From positions 1 through 52,985 of the forward strand of contig JADGAP010000002.1 in the NCBI GenBank assembly GCA_015231965.1: a DNA stretch of 52,985 nt, given 5' to 3'. The notes under the pieces were generated by a model. It was given only the letters and a program-made list of their open reading frames with translations. It was not told the DNA's origin and made no database searches. The translations under genes and the position numbers were made by a program. Origin of the DNA: Magnetococcales bacterium. GTDB lineage: Bacteria > Pseudomonadota > Magnetococcia > Magnetococcales > JADGAP01. Below, piece by piece: positions 8,578 to 16,197 of this stretch. Within the stretch, counting starts at the first letter, position 1, and each line of letters begins with the position of its first letter.

Positions 8578-10098
8578 TTACACCACGCCCTTGTTTTTAC
8601 CCAGGACGATGGCGTTGTTGACCAGTTGGTGGACGCCGCCCACGGTGTCCATGGGGATATCGTAGTAGGGCAGCACCTTGGAAAACTGCGCCTTGCAGAT
8701 GGCGCAAATGAGGGCCAAAAAGTTGACCTTGTCGTGTTTCATCACCTGTTTGAGGGCCGTGACCCGGGGGAGCATCCCCTTGATCCGGAGGTCCATCAGT
8801 TCGTCGGTGAGCAGACCGCCGCCGCCGCCGCAGCAGAAGGTTTTTTCATGGATGGTGTCGGCGTCCATGTCGGCGTAGTGGTTGCAGGTGGCCCGGATCA
8901 GATCCCGGGGGATGGTGAACTGACCGCCCGGGGTATCGCCCATGCGGGAGGCGCGGGCGACGTTGCAGGAGTCGTGAAAGGTCACCACCTTGTCGTCGTT
9001 GGTCTCTTTGTCGAAGGTCAGCCCGCCCCGCTTGTAGAGGTCGTTGGTGAACTCGCAAATGTGCTGGGGCACGGGATACCGGGGATCCAGGGTGTCGAAG
9101 GGGCCCACCAGGGTGTTCCAGAAGCTGTAGGCCACCCGCCAGGCGTGACCGCACTCCCCCACCACGATGCGCTTGACCCCCAACTCCCGGGCCTGCTCGG
9201 CGATGCGGGAGGCAATTTTGCGCTTCTGCTCGTAGCTGCCGATGAACATGCCGAAGTTGGCCGCCTCGGAGGCGATGGAGCTGAACGAATAGCTCACCCC
9301 GGCGGCGTGGAACACCTTGGCGTAGCCCATCAGCGACTCCACGTGGGGGGCGCTGAAAAAGTCGGCGGAGGGGGCGACCATCAACACCTCGGCCCCCTTG
9401 ACGTCCACCGGCAGGCGGACTTCTTGGCCGGTGGCGTCGAGGATTTCATCCTCCATGAAGCGCAGCGTGCCGTTGAGGGCCGGCTTGGGGATGCCCAGGT
9501 TGTTGCCGATGGTGTGAACCTTGCCGATGATCTCCTGGGAGTATTTATGCCCGACGCCGATGGCGTCCATGATCTCCCGGGCGGCCATGGTGATTTCGGC
9601 GGTGTCGATGCCGTAGGGGCAGAAGACCGAACAGCGGCGGCACTGGGAACATTGATGGAAGTAGGTGACCCACTTTTTCAGGGTCTCCTCGTCAAAGTCC
9701 CGGGCGTTGACCAGTTGGGGGAAGAACTTGCCGCTGGGGGTGAAATAGCGGCGATAGACGCTCCGCATCAACTCCGCCCGCTGCACCGGCATGTTGTTGG
9801 GGTCGCCGGTGCCCAGGAAGTAGTGGCATTTGTCGGTGCAGGAGCCGCACTTGACGCAAATGTCCAGATAGACCTGCAGGGAGCGATATTTTTCCAGCAG
9901 ATCCTTAAGCTTGTCCACCCCGGCCTGCTGCCAGTTCTCCACCCGCGCCCCGGGGAAGCCCAGGGGGACCATGTGCTTCTCCTGAGCCGGGAAGATGGCC
10001 AGATGCGCGGTGGCCCCCTCGTGGAGTTCGGGGGTTTCGATGTCTTCCTTCACTTCTGGAACGTCATGATTGGCCACGAGAGAAGCTCCTTGTCGCAA
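8578..10098 (-). CDS. dsrK: DsrK / HdrD-like Fe-S heterodisulfide-reductase-type subunit
   Basis: Two ferredoxin-type clusters (CVKCGSCTDKCHYF, CSQCRRCSVFCPYGID) plus a CCG-domain motif (FCCGGGGG). Lies immediately downstream of dsrM and dsrC. Confidence 0.8.
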   Translation of the reverse strand: MRQGASLVANHDVPEVKEDIETPELHEGATAHLAIFPAQEKHMVPLGFPGARVENWQQAGVDKLKDLLEKYRSLQVYLDICVKCGSCTDKCHYFLGTGDPNNMPVQRAELMRSVYRRYFTPSGKFFPQLVNARDFDEETLKKWVTYFHQCSQCRRCSVFCPYGIDTAEITMAAREIMDAIGVGHKYSQEIIGKVHTIGNNLGIPKPALNGTLRFMEDEILDATGQEVRLPVDVKGAEVLMVAPSADFFSAPHVESLMGYAKVFHAAGVSYSFSSIASEAANFGMFIGSYEQKRKIASRIAEQARELGVKRIVVGECGHAWRVAYSFWNTLVGPFDTLDPRYPVPQHICEFTNDLYKRGGLTFDKETNDDKVVTFHDSCNVARASRMGDTPGGQFTIPRDLIRATCNHYADMDADTIHEKTFCCGGGGGLLTDELMDLRIKGMLPRVTALKQVMKHDKVNFLALICAICKAQFSKVLPYYDIPMDTVGGVHQLVNNAIVLGKNKGVV

Positions 10099-10176
10099 TC
10101 CATCATCCGGTCGTCGAACCGCCGGGGGCGGTCATCGCGTCGTCACATCCGGCCCGTCGGGGACGGGGGGGGGCCG

Positions 10177-10878
10177 TCAGGGGGCGGCCCAGGGGTTGAC
10201 GTGGCGATGTTCCCGCGGGGTGTCGGTCTGGTTGCGGGATGGGCTGAAGAAGAGGCCGCCCAGGTGCATCAGCTTGCTGAAGGGAAAGATCGCCAACAAC
10301 ACCAGCACCAGCGCGAAATGGACGGCGAAGAGAACATCGCCGGGCGTTTGGAAGCCCCGTAGCGTCACCCAGCCCACCATCGCCTCCTTGATCGAAACGA
10401 TGTCGGGGCGAAAGGCGAATTTCATCAGCAGACCGGTGCCGCCGATGGCCAGCAGCAGCATGAGCATCAGGTAGTCGGCGGGGGAGGAGATGTAGCGGGT
10501 GCGGGCCACCCAGAAGCGGCGGATGAGCAACATGCCCAGCGCCCCCACCATGACGATGCCCGCGATAACGCCGAAAATTTGCACCTCGGCGAACCAATGG
10601 GGCATGTCGGCGAAATAGCGCACGTGGCGCAGCAGCACCAGGACCAGGGCGGCGTGAAAGGCGTAGCCGAAGAGCCACGTCCATTTGTTGCCCTTGAACA
10701 GGCTGTTGAAAAAGGCCACTTCGGTGAACAGACGCCACGCCACGCCGATCTTGGTCAACGGCGCGGGGGTGGTGGGGATCAGCAGGGGCGCGGGGGAGCG
10801 GGCGTACTGGAAGATTTTCCAGGCGAACCCCGCCAGGAAGATGGCCAAGGCCAAGTAGGCGAGCAGCGACATCAACAT
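10177..10878 (-). CDS. dsrM: DsrM (NarI-like dihaem b membrane subunit)
   Basis: 233 aa with about 5 hydrophobic helices, conserved His in helices (FHAALVLVLLRHVRYF, AVHFALVL), and a position between dsrC and dsrK. Confidence 0.75.
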   Translation of the reverse strand: MLMSLLAYLALAIFLAGFAWKIFQYARSPAPLLIPTTPAPLTKIGVAWRLFTEVAFFNSLFKGNKWTWLFGYAFHAALVLVLLRHVRYFADMPHWFAEVQIFGVIAGIVMVGALGMLLIRRFWVARTRYISSPADYLMLMLLLAIGGTGLLMKFAFRPDIVSIKEAMVGWVTLRGFQTPGDVLFAVHFALVLVLLAIFPFSKLMHLGGLFFSPSRNQTDTPREHRHVNPWAAP

Positions 10879-11178
10879 CCGGGCATCCCCCGAAAAAAAA
10901 ACGCGCGCTCAAGCAACCCAGGCGGCCTCGGGGTTACGGGCGGGGGGCCGTCGGGCGCTCATGCCCGCTGGTGAACTCTTTGGATCCCGGGGGGGACAAT
11001 ATCCCTCATGGGCTCAGGGATATCCTCTCCCGGCGTCAAGTTCGGCATGCGGTCGGCGGAACGCCGTGAAGGAAAATCCGGCCATCGCCCTGCTCTCCGA
11101 CAACGCGGGGCGGGGCGATGGCCGTGGAGTTCCCGTCCCGTCCGTCCAGGACGGAGGGGACGCCATGCCTTGCAACGG

Positions 11179-11514
11179 TCAGACGCAGCCGGTGGGCTTG
11201 GGCAGGCCGGCGATTTTGCAGGCCTGCTTGGCGGGCCCGCCCGGATAGAGGTCGTACAAGTACTTGGTGTTGCCCTTTTCCTTGCCCAACTTTTTGCCGA
11301 TGGCCTTGGTCAGGATGCGGATCATGGGAGCGATTTTGTACTCGTCGTAGTACTCCCGCAGGAAGTTGACCACTTCCCAGTGGGATTCGGTCATCTCCAC
11401 GCTCTCGGTTTTGGCGAGATAATGGGCGACTTCTTCGTTCCAGTCCGCGAGATTGATGAGGTAACCATCCTCGTCGGTCTCGTAGGTTTTGCCGCTGAGT
11501 TCAAAGCTCGGCAT
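11179..11514 (-). CDS. dsrC: DsrC/TusE-family sulfur relay protein with both C-terminal cysteines
   Basis: 111 aa. LADWNEEVAHYLA...LTESHWEVVNFLREYY...YLYDLYPGGPAKQACKIAGLPKPTGCV ends in the Cys-x10-Cys-Val arm typical of true DsrC. ATG 11514 is preceded by GGAGGAG. Confidence 0.85.
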   Translation of the reverse strand: MPSFELSGKTYETDEDGYLINLADWNEEVAHYLAKTESVEMTESHWEVVNFLREYYDEYKIAPMIRILTKAIGKKLGKEKGNTKYLYDLYPGGPAKQACKIAGLPKPTGCV

Positions 11515-11979
11515 GATCGCTTCTCCTCCAAAACGTAGTCGTTGACACCCTGTCCGCCTGCCGTGGCGTTTCAACCGAATGCACGGCGGGATTCTTCTTG
11601 CTCCAACATCCTGCCGTGGCCATCCCCGGAGGGCGTGCTGGCGGCGGAAAAAGCGAATGGACTGATTCAACAAGACCTTTTCAGGCGGGGTGCGCCCCGG
11701 GGGGCGGATTTTCCCGAGCCTTGGCCAGAATCGAACATTAGCATATCATGATTTCCTAACGTGAGGCAAGGGAAGGCACCAAGGGGCCGCATTTCCCCGC
11801 GACGGGCTCGACTCCGGGGGGTGCCCCGCCTTTCCCGCCCGATTCCCGCCGCCGTTCGGGGGCGGAATCCTGGCGCAGCTTTCTCATGGCTGTTATAACC
11901 CCAAGTAGACAAGCGCGCCAGGGAGATGGATGATCCTTCTTGCAACGAACCATTCCATGTTTAGACTCACTTCGGGAGG

Positions 11980-12294
11980 ATGACCGTGAAACCGCAACAT
12001 CACGTCTTTATTTGCATGAATCGCCGCCCGGAGGGACATCCTCGGGGTTCGTGCCAGGCCCTGGGTGCCGGGGCGGTCCTGGACGCCTTCGCCGCCGAGG
12101 TGGAAAAACGGGGATTGTTTGAAAAAGTTTTTATCACCGGCACCTTTTGCATGGGGCCGTGCGACAAGGGGCCGACGGTGGTGGTCTATCCCGAGGGGGT
12201 TTGGTATGGCAAGGTGACGCCCCAGGACGTTCCGGAAATTTTCTCCAAGCATTTGGAAGGCGGGGAACTGGTGGAACGGCTGCGCTTGATGTAA
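11980..12294 (+). CDS. Thioredoxin-like [2Fe-2S] ferredoxin
   Basis: HHVFICMNRRPEGHPRGSCQALGA ... TFCMGPCDKGPTVVVYPEGVWYGKVTPQDV is the (2Fe-2S) ferredoxin-domain pattern (C-x..-C ... C-x3-C). GTG 11986 is an alternative start with better spacing from GGGAGG. Confidence 0.8.
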   Translation: MTVKPQHHVFICMNRRPEGHPRGSCQALGAGAVLDAFAAEVEKRGLFEKVFITGTFCMGPCDKGPTVVVYPEGVWYGKVTPQDVPEIFSKHLEGGELVERLRLM

Positions 12295-12320
12295 TACCCC
12301 TGCGGCGCCCTGGGGATGGT

Positions 12321-12465
12321 TAGGGCCTGTTCACAATTGAGTTCCGGAGGCCTTCAGGCAAGGCGTGGGGCCTCGAGCAGCGCAGCATACACGCAGTATG
12401 TGAGCAGCGAAGAGGCCCCACAACGCCGCATCAAGGTCTTCGGGGCCAATTGTGAACAGGCCCTA
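12321..12465. repeat. 145-bp long-hairpin (MITE-like) element
   Basis: Perfect 19-bp terminal inverted repeats TAGGGCCTGTTCACAATTG (12321-12339) and CAATTGTGAACAGGCCCTA (12447-12465). The interior is also imperfectly self-complementary. Confidence 0.75.
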
Positions 12466-12477
12466 GGTGCCCCACAC

Positions 12478-12512
12478 AAAAAAAAGCTCCCGACATGGGG
12501 AGCTTTTTTTTG
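12478..12512. terminator. Bidirectional rho-independent terminator between the ferredoxin and MucR genes
   Basis: A8-GCTCCC-GACAT-GGGGAGC-T9: a GC stem flanked by an A-run and a T-run. Confidence 0.8.
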
Positions 12513-12620
12513 TGACCACGTTATGCCCCACGCAACGCACCGGTCAACACCATCCATGGAACTGTGCGCGCACCCCTGACTCTCCTCCCACGGTTGGGAG
12601 GGAAAAACGGCGGCGACCGT

Positions 12621-13154
12621 TTACTCGGCGGCGGGAGCGGCCTTGCGGCGACCACGACCGGCGGCGGCGACCTTGCGGGATTGACGCAGCTTGTCCCCCA
12701 AACCGGCGTTGATCGCCAGGGCGCGACGACGGGCCGAATAGCCCCGGGCCACCATGGGAAAGTCCTTGTCCAGATTGAACATTTTGCGGTAGGCATCCAC
12801 TTCCATGGTGTGTGAGCGCTTCAAGTGACCGCGCAACGCCTGGCAGGGTTTGCCGCAAATCATGCAGGTCACCGCCTCTTCCGTCACGGCCTCGTCCACG
12901 GGCACCGCCGGTTGGGGAGTGGCGGCGCGACGGGTGCGGGTGCGGCGGGGTTCGGGGGCGACGGTCTCGGCTTCCGCTTCCGACGCATCCGGCTCGGCGG
13001 CGGGAGCGGCGACGCCCGGACCGGAGAGTTCCGCCAACACGGCGTAAACCTGCCGAATCAGATCCGGCACGTCTTGGCGGGGAATGGCTTGGTTGGAAAG
13101 GAACGCGCTGACGATCTCCTGCGTGTGTTGCAATAGTTCCAACGACATGGGCAT
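12621..13154 (-). CDS. MucR/Ros-family zinc-finger transcriptional regulator
   Basis: N-terminal LLQHTQEIVSAFLSNQAIPRQDVPDLIRQVYAVL. C-terminal CMICGKPCQALRGHLKRSHTMEVDAYRKMFNLDKDFPMVARGYSARRRALA matches the Ros/MucR Cys2His2 finger and flanking basic region. Confidence 0.85.
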   Translation of the reverse strand: MPMSLELLQHTQEIVSAFLSNQAIPRQDVPDLIRQVYAVLAELSGPGVAAPAAEPDASEAEAETVAPEPRRTRTRRAATPQPAVPVDEAVTEEAVTCMICGKPCQALRGHLKRSHTMEVDAYRKMFNLDKDFPMVARGYSARRRALAINAGLGDKLRQSRKVAAAGRGRRKAAPAAE

Positions 13155-13799
13155 CTCCAGTTCTTAACAAAAAAAGACCTCGCCTGAAAAATCGTTTTAA
13201 AGGTCCATCCGGTTGCTGTCAAGATTAATTTTTACTGTTTGTATTTTCATCGGCTTTTCCCATCATCGAAGGCATTATCCGATACCCTTGGCGATACGCG
13301 AGGTTCCCTCCGGTTATGAAGGGGCAATAGTGTCGAAAGCGGGCGTCGCCTCTCAATGTTTGGGAACTGGACTTTAGAGTTTCAGAAACAATGCGTGGCC
13401 GTTGAAAAAATATCCTTGACAGGGTTCGTCAACCGAGGATTCCGCCATGAATCCCCAGGGATGCGGCAATATTCCCCGCATTCTTTTCCATTGGATCACT
13501 TTTCTCGCTCAATCGCTACCTCTTCGATCTGTCCCCACCTTCGTTGGTAACCGTTCGTCCCAGTAAAACGATTCAGGCAGGCTGAAGCACCGAAACATCC
13601 AGTTTGGGCAGGATGGCCCCTCAGATCCGCCTCGACAACCTGCCCCAGGAAGTCCAGGACATTGCGGTTCTGCAAGCGACAGGTGGCGGACACCGTCGGG
13701 ATACGTTCTGCGAAGCGGCTGCCAGCCGCGCTGTCGGTTCCGAATCAGCCTTTGCGCCAGGGTGCCGCCGGTCGTATTACCGCCGCCCATAGCCACGCC

Positions 13800-14372
13800 T
13801 TACTTCCGCGCCTTGATCCACTGCTCCTCGGCTTGCTGGAGCAGGTCCATGTCGTGGCGCATCCGTTCGCGAAGCCGTTTGTTTTCCTCCATCAGACGCT
13901 TGATCTCGGCGCGGAAGGGCTCGCTGGCCGACTGACGCGCCCGCTTTTTGAGATCGTCATTTTTTTCCGCCCGTTCCGCCCGTTGCATCGCCTCGCGGCG
14001 TTGGGCCATCCACTGACGATAGGCGTTGAGGCTGGCGTGAAACTTCTCCCGGTCCTCCTCGAAGATCAAACGCCACTGGGCGGTCTTGGTCTCCCAGTAG
14101 AGTTCCGGCTTCCACCAGCGTTGCCACCGCTCCTTCCAGCCGTCATCGGCCAGCAACGCCGGATCCAGGGAGGCCTCCTCCTCCCGGGCGCAGCCGCCCA
14201 GCAGCGTCAGCAGGGCCACCCCCGCCGCCGCCCGCAACACCTCTCGCCTGCCTCGGGGGGAAAAGCTATTCACGCTGGAACCATGAGGGATGCGTCCATT
14301 CGCCGACGCCGCCGGGGGGCGGTGAAAGGGGGGAGGGAGGGGGGCGTCACTCGTCCGCCGGACCCCGACCAT
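13800..14372 (-). CDS. Hypothetical lipoprotein, charged and coiled-coil-rich
   Basis: Lipobox ALLTLLGGC followed by a Lys/Arg/Glu-rich helical sequence. Start is uncertain: ATG 14372 overlaps the upstream gene by 26 nt, and GTG 14273 is the alternative. Confidence 0.5.
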   Translation of the reverse strand: MVGVRRTSDAPLPPPFHRPPAASANGRIPHGSSVNSFSPRGRREVLRAAAGVALLTLLGGCAREEEASLDPALLADDGWKERWQRWWKPELYWETKTAQWRLIFEEDREKFHASLNAYRQWMAQRREAMQRAERAEKNDDLKKRARQSASEPFRAEIKRLMEENKRLRERMRHDMDLLQQAEEQWIKARK

Positions 14373-15834
14373 CGTATTCGTTCAATTTGTTGCGCAAGGT
14401 GCGGATGGAGATGCCCAGCAACTCCGCCGCCCGGGTGCGATTGCCCGCCACTTCGTCCAGGGTGCGGCGGATCAAAATTTCCTCCATCTCCCGCACCGTG
14501 GTTCCCACCGGCAGGTGGATTCCCGCCCCGCCGCCGGAGCCTCCGACGGAGCCCGCCCCGCTCCCCGCCGTCGCCCCGAATCCACCCCCGCCGCGCCCGT
14601 AGGCCGCCGCCGCCGCGCCATGATGCGCCGCGCCGACCGCAGCGGGTGGAGGCTCCCATGCCCCCGTGTCGCCCCCGGATGAGGAGAAGACCGCCGCCCC
14701 CTCGATCATGAGATCCAGCGGCGAGACCACCAACCCCTCCGCCACCAACAACGCCCGCTGAATCACGTTCTCCAGTTCGCGAATGTTTCCCGGCCAAGCG
14801 TAGGCCCGGAGGGCCGCCATCGCCTCGGGGGAAAAGCGAATGTCGTTGCGCCCCAGCTCGGCCACGAACCGCTTGCGAAAATGTTCCGCCAGCAAGACCA
14901 CATCCCCCGGACGCTCCCGCAACGGCGGCAGACGCACCGGAAAGACGTTCAGGCGATAAAACAGATCCTCGCGGAAACGGCCATCCGAGGCCCATCCCTT
15001 GAGATCCCGGTTGGTGGAGGCCAACACCCGCACGTCCAGTTGAATGGGACTGCGTCCCCCCACCGGATCCACCTCGCCCTCCTGCAACACCCGCAACAAC
15101 TTGGCCTGGAGGTTGAGGCTCATTTCGGAAATTTCATCCAGCAGGATGGTCCCTTTTTGCGCCTGGAGAAACTTACCCTTGCGATCCGCCATCGCCCCGG
15201 TGAAGGCCCCCTTGGCGTGGCCGAAGAGTTCGGACTCCAGCAAATTTTCCGGCAGGGCGGCGCAGTTCACCGCCACGAACGGCCCATCCCGCCGCTCCGA
15301 CACCTGATGGATGAAACGGGCGATCAACTCCTTGCCCGTGCCGCTCTCCCCCTGGATCAACACCGTCGCCTTGGACTGGGCCGCCCGCCGCACCTGGGTG
15401 AGCAGGCGCTGCATCCCGGCGTCGGCGCTGATCAAATGACGGCCCCGCCCCAACTCAGGATCGAAAAATTGATCGGCGTACCGCCCCAACAACCCCTGGA
15501 TCACCTCGCCGGAGGCGGGGAGCATCACATAGTCCGCCGCCCCCGCGTCGATGGCCGCCCGGGCCTCCGCCACCCCGCCTTTGGCCGAGGCGGCGACAAT
15601 GGGCGTACCGCGAAACAGAAACACCAACTCCCGAACCGTCTCCAGCGGATCCCCCGCCCCCTCCTGCAACACCACCACCAGAGAGGGTTGGCGCATGGCC
15701 AGCCGCTTTTTGGTCTCCTCGGCGTCGGAGAGGATCAGCACCTCGCGTCCGGCGGAACGAAACGACTCCGCCAGCGCAGCGAACTCCCGCCCGCCGCCGC
15801 CCACCATCACGATCTCCTTGCCGCCCGCGCTCAT
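14347..15834 (-). CDS. Sigma-54-dependent transcriptional activator with a degenerate (FleQ-like) receiver domain, AAA+ core and Fis-type HTH
   Basis: VLIQGESGTGKELIARFIH (Walker A), ESELFGHAKGAFTGA (GAFTGA loop), C-terminal NRTRAAELLGISIRTLRNKLNEY. In the N-terminal REC-like fold, GGGG replaces the DD pair and LVVVLQEG occupies the phospho-Asp position. Alternative starts 15876 and 15912. Confidence 0.85.
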   Translation of the reverse strand: MSAGGKEIVMVGGGGREFAALAESFRSAGREVLILSDAEETKKRLAMRQPSLVVVLQEGAGDPLETVRELVFLFRGTPIVAASAKGGVAEARAAIDAGAADYVMLPASGEVIQGLLGRYADQFFDPELGRGRHLISADAGMQRLLTQVRRAAQSKATVLIQGESGTGKELIARFIHQVSERRDGPFVAVNCAALPENLLESELFGHAKGAFTGAMADRKGKFLQAQKGTILLDEISEMSLNLQAKLLRVLQEGEVDPVGGRSPIQLDVRVLASTNRDLKGWASDGRFREDLFYRLNVFPVRLPPLRERPGDVVLLAEHFRKRFVAELGRNDIRFSPEAMAALRAYAWPGNIRELENVIQRALLVAEGLVVSPLDLMIEGAAVFSSSGGDTGAWEPPPAAVGAAHHGAAAAAYGRGGGGFGATAGSGAGSVGGSGGGAGIHLPVGTTVREMEEILIRRTLDEVAGNRTRAAELLGISIRTLRNKLNEYDGRGPADE

Positions 15835-15944
15835 CGCCGCTCCATCCGCCGCCTTCCGCCCCGCCGTCCGATACATCCCATGGATATAACAGATAGAGCA
15901 ATTCCAAACCATTTTTACACATTGCTAGCCACAAATTTTACGCT

Positions 15945-16121
15945 CGTCACTCCCGCGAAAGCGGGAATCCAGGAAAGCCGATAGGCGAAAGGCTCCCTTC
16001 AAACAAACGGAAACAGGGCTTGGCTCCTCGTGGCGAGGTCTGTATTCCCCTCCCCCGCCCCTGGATTCCCGCTTTCGCGGGAATGACGGTTTCATCGTGG
16101 GGGCGTTGGTTGCACACCCAG
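15945..16121 (-). mobile_element. MITE-like element, copy 2, plus adjoining TGCAACCAA module
   Basis: Inverted repeats at 15945-15972 and 16061-16089. The interior is about 85% identical to the reverse complement of copy 1. 16090-16121 matches the reverse complement of 478-511. Confidence 0.8.
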
Positions 16122-16197
16122 ACGCGGTTTGGCTTGAGGTCAAAATTTCGATTGTAACGACTATAAAAGGCCAAAGATCGATCCCCTGAAGCGGGGT

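Noticed and set aside
8560-10362. 600-aa plus-strand ORF antisense to dsrK/dsrM. It represents a class that also includes 4748-6214, 5454-6329, 13662-14711, 14881-15984, 16219-19020, 19058-20179, 20247-21554, 22017-23381, 23276-24382, 25765-27093, 29359-30180, 30193-31005, 30909-32552, 35637-36908, 37004-38722, 40072-41244, 41424-42188, 41723-42439, 45172-46548, 46575-47366, 47582-48856 and 50956-52914.
   Set aside because: Each lies antisense to, or out of frame with, an ORF that carries clear family motifs. Their translations are Gly/Arg/Pro/His/Ala-rich with no recognisable motifs, which is the usual stop-codon-poor artefact of GC-rich DNA.
11841-11870. Hairpin GGATTCCCGCC...GGGCGGAATCC upstream of the ferredoxin gene, as a possible further copy of the repeat family.
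   Set aside because: It only loosely resembles the TCCCGCGAAAGCGGGA unit and lacks the flanking CGTCA/CCAG ends, so I did not count it as a family member.
12138-12156. Sigma-54-like CGGCACCTTTTGCAT.
   Set aside because: The spacing is too short (10 nt rather than 12), and the motif lies inside the ferredoxin coding sequence.
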